Source: Callorhinchus milii
Taxonomy: Eukaryota
Assembly (NCBI RefSeq): GCF_018977255.1
Contig: NW_024705311.1
Location: 1 to 55,103, forward strand
Direction of reading: 5' to 3'
DNA: 55,103 nucleotides
Part shown: piece after piece, positions 1 to 15,000 of the stretch
How the letters are laid out: every line of letters starts with the position of its first letter
Position numbering within the stretch: position 1 is the first letter of the stretch
The notes under the pieces: model-generated
The model's database searches: none
What the model saw: the letters and a program-made list of their open reading frames with translations, nothing else
Told to the model about the DNA's origin: nothing
Translations under genes and position numbers: made by a program

Positions 1-3000
1 GTTGGCGGGTCGTTTTACTGACTCTTGGTTCAGCCGCGACTATTATTAAATCTAGACAGAGTTCCTACTGAGCTAAGCTCTACATCCCTACTGATTCAGT
101 TGGACGTATTGAATGAACCCTACTCTCATCATACTGTCTGTTGCTGGTTACTGACACCCCTTCGGTACCTCTGCAACCCTAGCCCCATAATTACCATCCA
201 TTAGATTCTCGGTAGGACTGAGAAGCCAAGTCACAGGATGCATTGTACTGGATAAATGTCACTCACGGGCGGAGGGCGTCTACATTAATGTCTATAAGAG
301 CTAGGAGGACTCATCGTTATCAGAACAATAGGGACTCGGAGGCATCTAAATCCGGCGATGAATTCTATCGATCGTCGAGTCCGCGGGAAGTCAAGGAGCG
401 CCAGCTCTTCGCTTTGGTGACCCCTACGAGATCAAATTATCAACGAGAAGAAGCAATCGCTTCTACAATAAGAAGTCGTCAACGCCCGAGCTTCGCAAGA
501 TATGATGACCTTCTACACCTATCTGAGACCTTAGCGGCTTTCGGCTTGTCTGGATCGGGGGCAGGAAGTTGCTGAAAAACCCCCATGACGAGAACATTCC
601 TCCTCAGGCGACGATCAATGTTCAGGTGGTTCAGATGTTCCGTTCGGCTTGAGAGGGCCCGGAAGATGGAGAGAGTAATCGAAGTCAGAAGGAACATGGA
701 CCGTGTGGGAGGAGTCTAGCACACCTGCGTCAGCTTCGAGGCTGGAGCGTCTAGTCGCCGTTTTGCCGCTAGCAATATACATAATTTTCTGGCGCCGTTG
801 GGAAAGGGGGGAGTTCTACCCATTAAGCCCCCGGTGTGATTAACATGCATACGAATAATATTTGGGTTGTCGCATCAGGAGCTAAACCGATGCCTACTCA
901 TATGTTAACGCATAGCCAGCTGTAACCATATATGTGCAGCTTATAAGGTTCGATGTGGGACCTGGCGAAAGTGTGCCCTTGGGACATCCATATCTATGAA
1001 TATATTTGCTGAGTAGCTATAAGCCCGAATCGGCAAAATAGTAGGCAAAAGAAAGCCCGAGCCCGTCGGATACTACCGTCAATCTCCATGGCGGCATGGT
1101 TAGTTTGATGGATTGAACAGTCGCCCAAACTCCCGATTCCGGAGGGGGGAACCACTAATATAGACGGGCCCATAAGCGGTGTATATCTCACCTGTAGCAC
1201 AACCCCGTAGGAGTCATCCAGTCTAAAGAGGACGTAGCAGCCGAAAGCGATGTTGAAGAGGGATGAAAGCACTTGCGCCTGCTCATCGGAGTGTACGACT
1301 GATGGTACTTCGGCGAATTGGTTCTCTATTCCGTGGTGCCTATAATTCGTCAGTCTATACGAAAGCGCCGCCGGATAGCCTCAGTGAGTAACGTCTGTAG
1401 ACTTAAGATGCTATGCACGACACACAATACGAGTTCTCCACATCCGCGTAAGGCAGTAGGATATGTTTATCAATCGGAGCCAGGGGCGTATATTCCCGAC
1501 AATGTACGTAGCGAAAGTTGGATTCGTTCGTGGTATATTCAAACTTGTGCAGAAACCCTAGAAAAGCTTTTGTGGGCTCCAACGGTTGCAATGGCTGCAT
1601 CCGCACGCACTACTCGGCCTAATGTTCGCTCCATAAATCCGAGGTCTGGGTCACGAGCGCCCCCTTCCACGGCCACAAGTGCGGCTCCACGAAGGGTCAA
1701 TCAATTAGACAGGCGGTCATAAGTTTGCTCGAGTTAGAAAAATAACGCGTGACACAAATGTGAACTTGCAATTGCCTGGTCGGAACCCGAAAATAATGAC
1801 CGAATGAACGACGATCGGGCACGGGATGTACTTTGATTACCCGGAGTGACCAGGGGAATATAGTCATATGCGAATAAGTAGGTGAACACCGTAATACGCC
1901 TTTCGCAAGACTTTGCATTCTACACCAGAGATTGAGATCCATCTCCATGAAATAGTTAGATGGCCATACATGATCGCTCGAAATACTGAAGCTCGAGCGT
2001 ATGCACTCGGGCGATGGTTAGCCGGATGTGAAATCGACAATCTCCTAAGGTAACCAGTATGGCGATACTCATGTTAATATTAAGATCGATACGTTGTTGT
2101 AGCACGCAGTAAATAGTAGTATTCAAAACGCCTTCTATCTAAAAAGGAGACTGAGGCGCCTGGCTGTCGTCGCTAGATCTCGATTGAGTGTACTGAGAGT
2201 GGACCCAAACTGCGGGTTGGAATTAAGATTCATAGCTCACATTTTTAAAAGGTGTCATCGGGTATCGCTTGGCCCGCAACCAGGCAGCCGTTCGGCTCCC
2301 AGCCACATGTTGTTTATCACAAAGCTCAAAGGTATCTATCCGGATCTCTACGCGCACTCGTGATAGATGGCGATAGGAAATCTTTCAGTTTACCGAGTTT
2401 ATGCGACCTCTATTGATTATACGCCGAACAACTCATCGTAGCTTGGAGTCAATTATATTCCGGCTCAAATCTCTGTGGGTCCTTTATTGACTGTTCTCGC
2501 ATGTCTGTTCCAGCATGGCCTTAGTCGCGTCTTTGAAGCAACTAAGATACACTCAGCAGGGGGGGCGGAAGCCCAAACTACTAGTCTGCGTATCCGGAAA
2601 AAGTGCGCAACGAGCGTAAACGTTTGGACATATACCGTGGAGTTCGTGCACGCCCTACTGGTGGCAGGACATTACGCATAGGTTCCTAGGCGCCCAATCA
2701 CGTCCCTAAATACGTAGAAAAATGACGCCCACGATTGTAACGCAACGTCTCCACCTGGTTATGATCAGACGTACACCTCTGCTCCCCGCAAAACAGTGAA
2801 CAGCCATGAACTTTGGTGCAACCTCGCTACGAATGGGTGTGCCACGGCCAAGAAGTAGCTTCCAAGGTGCCTCACGGAAATGACGCTAAACGAAGTCGTA
2901 ACTCCAGCGGTGTGTAAGGCTCGACGAGAACCCATTACCTTAGGAGTGCTTTCCCCCGGCAAATGTATTTCGACCCGAGGTCCCTCCCCACAGTGGTACC

Positions 3001-6000
3001 CTCTTTTCTAAGTGATGGCATCACTGCTCCGGCTAACGTTTGCCTTGACGTTATTTTATTTTTGATTCTTAGTTACGCTAAAAAAGCACGGCCAAACAGC
3101 TACCGAGATACAGCCTTCATATTCGACCCCCCGGCTATGAAAGACTTTGGATATGGTTTGTGGACTTTTAATGGTGGTTCCAGTGACCTGCCCAGGGGCT
3201 GAGAAGTCTCAGATAGACTAATGTCCTCGGTTATAAACCCGTCCGGCTCCTCCAGTAGAGATCTTCGCCGTCGACAAAGGACCCATTATACCTCGCGTTC
3301 TCACAAACACACGAACTGCTAGCTCCTCCACGGTCTTGGGCAGGGCCGCGCAAGTCGGGAGTCGTCTTGCGCAAAAGGTTGTGTACGTCCAACGCTTACG
3401 CGTGCAGCTCTTGCAGACCTCGATCCTGTTACGAGAACTTAGTTCAAGGCGAAGCAACAATGCATAGCGTCTGGCCCACGACTTGAGCATTTGTTCGCGC
3501 AAGCGAGAAGGCGCTAAAGCAAATGCCCCTAGAATGCTGTAGGGACAGATATTCTTCTTACACATCGACCAAACTAGTTCCATTGTGCGATCCTAGGTGA
3601 TCCATTAGTAGAGCCGAGACTCGGGAGCCATCTGCCAAATGAGTTAATAGCAGCCTATGTTACTGGTCTAATTCGCATTAGGTCTGAAGTCGAGCGGACA
3701 GACTAAGACCGATTTCGGATGCTAGCCCGGAGCACAATACGCCCTTTGGGAATAGCCCCGGACGAAGACGCGCATGGGACTGGCGAGTAAGGAGCGTCAC
3801 TGAAATTAGTTAGCACTACCAACGGACTACATGCTTGGGTGAGACTGAACATTATATTCAGTTTACACGCTTGGAAAGTACCGTGGTGAGACCCAGATAA
3901 AAGCCACCGCACAGCATCTAACTACACTCATAGCTGGTCTCCCACGTGCTCCCTGTCCAATCGCCAGCACCGGCTAAATTGGACTTTCTTCAACTTCTCG
4001 ACTTTTCTGATTGGCCTGATACTCGTTCGGAATGTTGTATATGGATTGATCATCATTGAATATCCGTCTGAAAGTATCGTGTAGTTAGGTCTTGGTCTTA
4101 CATACAGATACCGAAATGACCCTGGGCAAAGCCGTTATACGACACTGCCTGGTTCGCACTCGACTGAACTGTGTGGTCTTTTATGTATACAGTATCATTC
4201 TATTCGCCAAATCCCTGCTCCTTTATAATACAGCGGTCAAAGTTCTGTGTCCAGGCCAAAGCCGCAAGCACAACTCTGAAGCTCCGAAGCATGTGTGCGT
4301 GTCGCTTGTTCTATTTTGGTGCCGGCTGTGACTGCATTCTCTATGCAATTCACATGCATACCTCGTCCCACAGCACCAAGTACTATAAATACAGTGGTGA
4401 ATCCGTCGACTGTGTCTATGATATGTGTACAGTAGCACGTCGACCGTTTTTCTCTAGGGTCATCAAGACATGAGCTGACGAATATCTAAACCTCCGGACG
4501 GCGTGTCGTATCACATACAACAACATAATTGCATACATATAAAATACGTGGGGCTTCGCTGTATCCTTCGGTAACCGACTATCGATCCGTTGCACGTTTT
4601 AGCTGTCTTGTTTGCCAACGAATCTCGCTTGAGCACACAATCCTCAGACACCCAAGTCATATAACAGACGCAAACGAGCCAAGTGCGGGCAAATTCCAAC
4701 ATAAGATCTTGTCGAAAGGTTGGGGCGGGTGGCGAGGTATTCACCAAAACCACGGTGAGTACGTTATACGTTTACTTTTGAAGCGAGTCCTGGGCGCAAG
4801 CTGCTTACGTCGCTGTAGTTACTGTCAGTATGGAGTCGCCGGAACACCGGACACGTTGGCCTTGTCCACTGAATCTACACGAAATGGGGGGCAAGCCAGG
4901 GATCCGTACTAAAAATAAAGGCGAACAGACACGGGAGCAAGCTCTCCGATTCGGATCATCGGCTCTGCTAATTCTCAATGGAGGAATTAGTGATTTATCC
5001 TCAGTATTTTGTACCCTGAAGATGCGAACGCCTTAGGGACTTTACGCTAGGCGTTTCGTCTTGTACACAAAGAAAAGAGTGATTAAAAGTTCAATCTCAA
5101 CATGTAGTGTTACGCCTAACACACTTGCAATACGTGATATTTTGATCTACAGGCCGCCTAAAGACTTAGTGAGTATTCGGCAACGTAACAGTGGCGGTGA
5201 CTTTATGGCTATCTGTCATATCTTCGTAGCTATGTGCCACTGCCACGGCTGCCGACCTAGGTCACCAGCAGACACAAGTCAAACCTGGGCCCGGAAAGAT
5301 TACCGTTTGCTTCTCGCGGTATGAATAAGTTGTCTCATGAAGTGTTTTGTATTTTTCTCGCCGGCGGTAGCGCCAGGACCACTGGTTCTGTTACTGATAG
5401 AGCGTCACATGTCTTGTCACGAGACTCAGGTAAAACACAATCAGTGGCTCCTTTATGCAGATCCCTGCTGAGTAAGATAAGAGTATAAACTGTTGTATCG
5501 CGATGCAACTCCTGACTAGACAGAGAGCGGAAGAGGTTGTGTTTATAGGTTCAGGTATAGTCATAAGGATTGGCCGCTTTCTACCCCTGGCATGTACAGA
5601 TCGAACGCTCGCTAGAGGGGCAATTGGGCCATCGACTTCACGTCGCGTGGACTCAGGCTCTCACCGACTGAATGGTAGATACACTTCACAATGACGGGGC
5701 AGCTTTCAACAGCACACGTGATTTTGAGTCAGGCTCAGTCTCCCGCAACCTGTCCGGAGAGAGTTCGAGCCGCAGTGAATGGCAGAGATCCCATTTAAAC
5801 CCCTGCATATATTGCCACTTTACATGCAAGCCCATACGGCGAAGCCATCTCGCTTATAGAAGACGCGACCGAAAACCACCTAGTCGATGATTACATTGAT
5901 TAAATCATGTGCGGACCAGAATACCAGATGTTTAGTTCCGAAGAGCGCCAACTTCGGCGGAAATGCAGGGTCTGGATTCATTTCTTTAACCGAGATTTTA

Positions 6001-9000
6001 TATGTGCAGTGCACGATAGACAACCCTGCAATACGAACGCGCGTGTCAAGGACGTCACCGCGTCTAGAGGCAGAGAGGCCAGTTGTACAGGGACTGGTGC
6101 CAGTCTATACGCGGACCCGTGCAAATGACCTGCTCGTAATGATGTGAATTTAGCTGTTGTGCGTAGTAGTAAAATTGGTTTGCTGTCTTTGTACGGCTAG
6201 ATCCTCCTGGACTGTTTATAGATGTCAGCATCAGCAGACGGCTCAACTGAGTGGCTACGTCATTTATTAGGGGGATAACTAATGGTAAAGAGCACCGCAT
6301 CTATGCTGTGTCAAATAACGGACCGTAGTATAAAGCCACCTAGAAACCGTGCCAGTCTATGCCGTAATCTGTGGCTAATTACGAGAGCGGTTAGCAGGGC
6401 ACTCTGCATGAGCCGCCACTATGTCCCCGAACACAGCCTTACTACCATAACTTCAATCGGATTTGAAGGAGCAACTCCTACTACGTGGAGCGTTCTAGCG
6501 GGTTGGACCCTCATCCACGTAGTGAAGCCACAAGACTTGTGACTGCGAGGTTGATGTGGCATAGATTATTTGTACGGGTGCCCCCGTCCAGTTGGTTTGC
6601 CGTCTCATTATAGTTCTGCAGAAGCAAGATCTCTGCTAATGCTATTTCTAAAGCGGTCCCTCCAACGGACTGACTCGACTCCATACTTGACAAAGTAAAC
6701 AAAGAGTGGCACCCAAAAAGCCGCGGTGAGGGACAGCATAACTGTAGGCCCCAAACTGTATGTTAAGTGATCCGCGCCCGATTCAGCTACGAGCGCGTGT
6801 CAGAGTATTCCCGTGGTCACTCCTCCTGGTTAACTACATAGGAGGTTATAGGGATCAGATGGGTGCGACAAATCGGTCTATACCTCTCCATCCTAATGAA
6901 CGTTGGTAGCGATGGTCTCATCGAAATTGCTGACTTGAACGTACTGGGATAGGGGCGTCGTTGTACTGGTACTCAACCCGAAATACGACCACCGTAAAGA
7001 GGCGACGCAGTTGATTCGCTAATGATCCAGTCACGCCACCGCAACCATTTTACGCGCTCCAAACGGACGTGTATCCCCGCCTATTGTTGTTAGTCCCCTG
7101 CTGTAGTCTAGCTTCGGTAACACGGCTGAATACGGGTTCGGCATGACGCGTATCCACGGTGGGCCTTAACTAATTACGCTTTAAGAGAAAACCATCCACG
7201 AGCCTCTCGCGGACCGTTGCACGCTCACCCTGTAAGTGAGTCTGGCGTTGTGAATGCTCATCGTCCTGAACACTAGGATAACGAATGAGCATATCGTGGC
7301 ATAGATCGGGCACACGGAAAGAAACGATTGGATCATTAGTGGGCTGTGCTTTATCCATAGCTACCGTCTTCGGCATCCCGCATTCAGCTCCTGTTCTTCT
7401 CAAACCTCTACATAAACTCCTCTACCTGTTCGGGTATTGGCTTCGCTTGTATATGGGATGGCATTAATCATGATGCTAACTTTAATAGGTCTCAGGAATC
7501 CCGTGCTACGGATAGAATCGCTGATTAAAATCCGCTGTCCAACGTCCCTTGCAAGTAGTTAGCAAGTTACCCTGGAGGAGCACAGGTGGTCCCTCGAACA
7601 GTGCCAAGGTTTTACAAAGTCAATGATTATGATGCTAGCGGACCGCCTGCTCACAAAGGGAAGCTTGGCACATCGCTGGCGTCGGGGTTACAGTGGTTGG
7701 AATTTTAGCCTGCGGGCGGATCTTCGGCCACACATCGATATGGTGGTCAAATGTTACTCGCGCGCGTCATGCCTCTACCTATAACCAAGAGTAAATAAGG
7801 CGCTATAGGGTTAACCATCTGTTTTAGTAACAACTGTTAGAATGAACACTTTAGTCGAAGAGGTCAGACCTGACCATTTGGGCTGGTTTTCTCTCAGTTT
7901 TCACCAACGTGTTTGACCTGGTGAGTCACTGCATCATGAGAGACCACACCGTACTGACTATTCAGTCCACGATAGGATAGTCTGTGAGCGTGTCCTACTG
8001 CCCGGGCGTCTGCTATGCGCGTGATTTTGATTTTTTGGGTAGAGAGCGGTGATGGTAAGTGACGTGTCCCGCTGCGAGATAGTTTTCACTGCATGAGGGT
8101 AGAGAACTGTAGTTCTCAAGCGTAGCCTTCGTCTAATATCGACTAAAGTTTCCGCGCTGATCCCTCCTCGAGCATCGTCCCGGAAACTTCGACGGGCAAG
8201 AGAGTTCAGATTAGAGTTAAGACCCATTTGGCATTAAACGGCTGTCTGACTAATGGGGTTCTCCGTATGTTGATGCGACGTCATGGAAGCCAGGTTCCTT
8301 TCGAAAGTCTGCTATTGGCGTCTCTATATTGGATGGTAATAGTTTTCCTGTATGGTTAGCAACCTAGCCTAGTTTGCGCTCTTCTGTGCATTCCACACAA
8401 CCCGCCGTCCTACCCCATACTCACTGTTTCGTTTACTTTTATGGCTAATCATTCACAATATCGTCAATGAGTGGATAGCATTGCGATGCGCCTGTTAGTC
8501 TGGTGAATAAATACAAGTTACGAATGTAAAGTAATGGCCTGCGATTATGTACCAGCGGGGTCTATGACGTAAATGACAGTCTTTGCTGCTAATCATGGGT
8601 GCACATGAACGGGAGCTTGATTACGGATGCAGACGCACGCGGCCCATCCTACCAGCCCACACCAGGCATGACCCGCAGACAGCTATCGGATTCTGAGCGA
8701 GCCTTTGAAGAGACGGCAATATGACTAGTAGACTAAGGAACTGAGAAACGGTCTGAACAACTTCGAACCGGTAAATAATACAGCTCAGCTGATCTGACAA
8801 GCTGGATTGACATGCCCTACTAAGGCAGATGGTGAATGGGCCCCAACTCTAAAAACCGAGCGTTGAATAGAGTAGTACCTGTGGTAGGTCCCCAGAGATA
8901 CCTTTCATGCCTTTACAAAGTGATCTTTAGTCGAAATTTTCGCCTAGGGACGGTTAAAAACTATCTGGGCCACGCAAACGGGGTGTCCATTTCTGTTTAT

Positions 9001-12000
9001 GCCATCATAAGGAGAATAGGACGCGCAGTTTACATGCGGTGATTGATGTGGAGATTAGACCGACGCCTATTGCTCAAATCGGTAGTCGTGACTGTCTCGA
9101 CTTTTATATGCTACTTTGTGGGCAAACTGCTCTGTAATCGGGGTAAGAAGTACTACAGTAAATTGGGTGAACTCTGCGTGCACACCCAAATTCAAGCGCA
9201 AATGTAAATCCTTTGATGTGCGGCGGAAGCTTTTGGCTAAGTAAAAGACTCTGTTTTCGATTCCAAATAGTCCATTTCGTCAAAGCTTACCATCACACGC
9301 TGCAAAAAGGCGCATGACCGCCGAATGATCAAAGTAGCCGGTCGGAAGTTCTCGTACGCGTGAAGATACCGCGATAGGAGTAGCGAATGCAACACAGCAG
9401 CGATCTGAACGGAAAACGCTGAGAGAACAATTCCTACTAGCTCTTCACTTTCTTAGCCACCTTATAGCACGTTCAGTCCTCGCCTAAAAGGAGCAGGATC
9501 ATCTTCTTCTTCATTGTCCTAGGGGCGGACCAGTAACTTGGGGTCGCAACGGTTTATTAGTTAGGCGAGGATCACGGAGTAAATCCGCGAAGTTGTTATC
9601 GTTGCCCGCTTATTGGGGTCGTTGCCTAATACAGGTTACAGGCACGAAGAGAGCCTCGACCTTAGCCATCAATGTTAATGACTAAATCTAAAAAGTAGAC
9701 CCTAAACACATTAGATCTAACGTCGGGACTAACAGTCCACACCAGCCAGGGTTGAAGCCGAGTTCCCGTACCCTGATGATATAAAACCATGGCGAGCAGA
9801 ATAGATGTGGCCAGATCGCCAGTTGGCTCTTGGGATCACCAGGACGCGATCGTGCGGCTATTCACTGTAGTTCTCAAAACGGATTTAGCCACTGTCATGA
9901 TTATATTTAGTAACAATCATATCACAAGCAATTTAGACTTTTCTCTGTGTCGCTTAGCCGATCTATCCGTGGTTCTAATGACGAAAAAGACATACCATCA
10001 TACTGTCTAGAACACAACATAACTAACGACAGCCTCGTTGCGGATTGCTTCTTATAACTCGAGCTTTTCGGTTACATCTGACGGATCTTCAGTAAATGAT
10101 TCCCGTTTCAAACCTCGCTATAGCCTGTAAACCAGGAGACCAGGGCGCGGAGGTCAATTAAGCGAAAATCCAAGCAGCGATTATCGCATTCAAGCGGCGC
10201 AGGTCCGCGTTAGGACAAAGATAAGCCTTGAAAAGCTCCACGCCGAGACCCTGATGACAACTTAAGTAACAAAGTGTGGCGGTACTGTGAATCATGGGAA
10301 CTTGCGAGTCATATGGCGAAATTCTCAACCGCTTTTTATAAAGAACTCCGTCGTTGATTCCGCAATCTATGTCTACGTGTTATCATGAGGTCTAGTATGA
10401 GGGAGCATTTAGACAGCGTTTCACATAGGTCCAGGTACGGGCGGCTCCCTGGCGATGGTACCGGCAGTGATACATTCCTTTAATTGATCCAAGGACACGC
10501 CATTAAGTGTCCACTGGTGTTACGCTTTAGGAATCTACCCTCATCTTGTATTCTGGAAAGAAAGAACTAGGGCCTAAATATTCATCCTCATACCCTTCAT
10601 ATAAGTATACATAGAGAGTACGCTAGAAGGACTGAACGTTTGTGTGGTGAAGCCCATAGTCTATGGAGATAGGGACAAGCGTCTCTTGCTGCAGACAAGC
10701 CCTTAACGGCACGTCCTGATATAAGTGGACGGTCCTTATGTCCACTGAACCGTGTCATACACTCTAAAGGTAGGGTCAATTACAGAAAGCCGCAGAACGC
10801 CCTGAAAGCGACTAGGAATCCGCGAATTTGAAGTGCAACGAATGAGACATGGGTAATGATATGCTGGCCTCTTACCAATTGAGGAAAACTCCAATGGTCA
10901 TCGTTGTTCCGCTATCGAACGCGCGTTACTAGCCTTATGGCACGTGAAGGGACAGCTGTCAATAGTCTGGGAGTCATTTTATCATACTGAGAAGAGACTT
11001 ACCCTCTTAAATGCACCCCTTCACAACAGGGTCTAAGAAATAACACGGCAGCCAGTGGCAAAGCCGACCGCCATGCCCTTTCGGGAGAGCTTTCTTGACG
11101 TTGAGTCTGGTTTCCCAATAGCGCTTCCTGGGATTATTTAGGGAGTTATATAACCCTGGTAAGCGATACTAAACTCGAACATCGTACGCGACGAGGTGGG
11201 AAATCATCCCCGACCGCTACGTGTGTATCGGTGCAATTGACATTTGTGCGTTTCCCACGAAGCGTTCCTAAGGCGGTTACTATGGTTGAGTGAATCGCTG
11301 AGTATTGTCACGCGGAAACTGGGTACTGGAAATAAGCACTTCACCATAATGTATGACTAATAATGACCATTAGGAGAGCTTCTTCCACATTGTTACAAGG
11401 AATCTCAGTAGCCATGAACCCAATTGCATATAATACCCGAACGATCGAGAGTATTTGTCGCTTAGGAATCGTAGCCACGCACAGCTATCCCGGCAAATGT
11501 TCAATGATTAGAGCTACACCGTTAGGGGATGGCGGCGAGCACCCACTCAAATGCTTTAAATCCTCTGCCGTCATGATTTCATGTCTGTGCTACGGCTGAA
11601 ATCGCTGAATCGGTGGTGAATGTTTGAACTTGGGGAATCACTTACATTAATAACTTATGGCTTTCCGAAGTAAGCAACACCCAAACGAAAATGCGATTCG
11701 ATTGGTTGCTCGCACCCGACCCTACGGTGCCCACGGCCTTTTATTCTCTTATAGCCTACGCTCGAGCCCACGCTCCGCGAAACGGTGTTCACAGACCAGC
11801 GAGAAACACCAGGTGCAACCCCCAGGACATCTTTACCCCTAGCCAGTAGGGTATACGATCTGTCATCACACCCAATGAATACAGTCATACGTGATTTTTC
11901 AGTTTCTGGACGCTACGTTGGAACACGATTTCTGGCGGAAGGTCCATGAGAGATTCGCTAATAAAAAGAGGCCTCCGTGAGTGTAGATACCAAAAGATTC

Positions 12001-15000
12001 CATGCACACTAACCCGTGACAGTCTCCAGCTCGCAGACGGTAACTGTAGTTTTCTCCAGGGAACGTACGCAATGATGTTGAACTAGCTAGCCGGTACCAG
12101 CGGGCGGAGCCTATTCCGACAAGACATACTTGGTTAAGTCGCTCCGGGGATACGCGGATACACGAAATAAGTCCATACACCGTATCTTGTCTAGTCTCAC
12201 ATGGCACTGCGGCGCTCGAGGATGATCAACGATACACGTGCATACTCATCTTGCAGTTGCGCGAAAAACGGGCCACGCGCACGGTTAAGTATCGCTCCCA
12301 CCCCGCTTAAGTCTGCGATTGGCACAGTTCCTCGTCTTAAACGGCGTTTTGCGATGTCCGCTATAGGCCCAGATGCAAGTTCGGCTCTCCTGATATCAAC
12401 GAGAAAGTGAAACGAAGGCAAGCATGAGATTGATCTGAAGTTACACACACACATTACTTGGACAAGTTAGGCCTCACACCCCCTACATGTAAGGAGCAAC
12501 AGAACCAGTTGCCATTGCTAGCTTATATCAAGTGACATCCGGTGGACGGCCTCCAACTGAGAAATCCGCCGGCCTAAACACTTCAACCGGACTTTGGAGC
12601 TAATATCTTATAACGGTCTGATGGTGTACTGACGTAACGCCCACAAGTATTCGCAGACAGCCTCCTGCAGACTTCTTATCATACTGCGGGGGCGAGCAGC
12701 GGGTGATCTTGGTGTATCAACCTATTCGGAAATTAACGTTAGTTCTTATCTGCCGTGTTGCCAAGACAGATCCGCACAACGAGACACCCTCTAAAGTGCC
12801 TGTTAAAGGTTTGATGGAACCCAGTCCGGGGACTACAGTCTCGACAACTTGCTTGCACGACAGTCTGGGAAAATGACTTACTTATGGGTCCTACCCCGTG
12901 TTCGTGTTTCTAAGCTGACTAAAGGTCCCGCATGGTACCAGAATATATTGTTGGCAGCCTCATCCTAGTATACGGAACGTGTCGAGCTTTCTTGATAGTT
13001 GTGTTGTGCAGCAAGGTAGGGGTTACGATGCAACTGACGCCAATATTATAGACGGTCACCCCCGTTTCAGAATACGCGGTCTCGTAATTCTAGTCATACC
13101 CACATTCTCCCCGTTTTGAACACGACTTATCAAGGAATCGGGATCGCGACGTGTCCTATTTTCGAGTGAACAATCCGAAACCAGGGTTGGTAAGGTCGTA
13201 GAACAGACGTTTAAAGAACCTGCGTAGGAACATGGTTTTGGCAACCGGGCTTCATAACAATGCCTCACAAGTGAACGACTGAACTCGGTCTAAGGACTAA
13301 CCGTCACACAAGGTAAATTGAGTTTCTCCGCGTCTCTTCTATCTGATACGCACTTAGAGGGCAAAACTACATTACCTGTCCGGCAGCCCAAGTTTACAAA
13401 TCCAACCCGGGCCAAACGAACGCCCAGCATCTAACTTTCAGATACTGTAGCACTCGCAAACATTTGCACTCACGAAGGTCCAAAGCTGATCCGATGCGTT
13501 GGTGCATCATACCGCTGACACTCCTGGTAGAGGCGGCACGATTCTCGACCTGTAGGAGCCCATATTTGCCTGAGCCAGGAAAGAACTACCTAGCAGGTTT
13601 TTAGTTCTGGCTCCCTACATTCGTCTTGCTCCAGTAGGATTCTATCGGACACGCACTAGAGTAATGTCGGAAGTAGCAGGAAGGTAAGGACGACTCTGAA
13701 AACTGCTCGGCAGTTCTGTAGACCAGCGGAGATACGTCGGGTAAGCGAGAAGACAGCGGATCGTGTCCCTATAATGAGCCCACCTGGTATCGCTTCTTCT
13801 TGTCTATACATAGCAGTTAAGGCTGAGCGGATGCCACTGTTGGAGATTAATACCATGGCCCTACCTAGAGGTGGCGTCAGACTATACGGAACGGTACATA
13901 GTTCCTAACTTCTCCGACGCGTGAACCTGAAAGAAGCAATTTTAAATTGCCCAGATAGAGTGCGATACAATACCTAAGATGATGCTAGCCTTTAAAGGCG
14001 AATAGTCGTATCAGGGCTGAGGGGTGCTTACCAGAACCGGTCAAATTCGGTTTCGGGCCTCATTACTTCCTGTAGCTCCGACGCGCTTCCCGAGGATCCA
14101 AGGGGTGGACAACGTGGAGTAAATACTGCGGAACATGCCAGTCCGTGGGTTCCCATGTTCATGACCTTATCCAACGCAAGTCATCAGAATCACGCACTCA
14201 GATCGGGAGAAATATACGATTAATCTGTGTCCGGGAAAGCAGAAACGGAAATTCGTATTGGTACGCCCCTACACGGTTACTAGTTGTTCCTATACGGCAC
14301 CCCTCCATTATCGGAGTGGCGTTTGAAGATACATCCTTATACGCGTCACCGAACGCCGGAGGAGTGGTGGTGCCGGACTGAGTCCCCACAAGACGCTGTC
14401 GAGTACGTGGGAGTTCTGTGATCCGGATACTCGGCTGCCTATGAACTCCAACATCTGGATGTCCAGGTCGTTTTACTATAATCATCATCCACCTAATCGT
14501 CCCATCTCGTATAAATCGCCTAGTTTCGTGTGGGGAAAAAAGCTCTGTACGTCCGTATGCACGAAGTTTGAGGTCAGCCCCTCCAGGCGTTGTGAAGAAT
14601 CCTCGAAAGGTAGCCCAGGAATGCCGTAGAACCCAAATAATATGGACGGAAAAGGTAACGTTTTCATAAATGCCGATATCGACTTCATGCATAGTGCGGC
14701 TGGGGGCGGAGTCCGCCAGCCCGTGAGTCCGGGAAAATGGGTTTGTGTAGCCAAGCGTAAGGCGACTTTAATGCTAAATCTTGCACTCTTACACGTGAGG
14801 TTAAGGATTCCCGTTAGGCTTATCAGAGGGTTCTAGGGGCTCTAGGTGAAATGGGTTCCGCCAGAAATGTCATTGCGCAGGTGCCACAAGCATGCAATCG
14901 GATTCTTCATACCTATTCCTCGTTAAACTCTGTGCCTAGTAGCGGGCCCCATGTCCACTCAGTGAATCTACTTACCACCCACCTTTAGCGCTCTAGGTAC

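Noticed and set aside
9771..10270. CTGATGA heptamers near 9773 and 10251
   Set aside because: No stem II followed by GAAA and a cleavage triplet; expected by chance.
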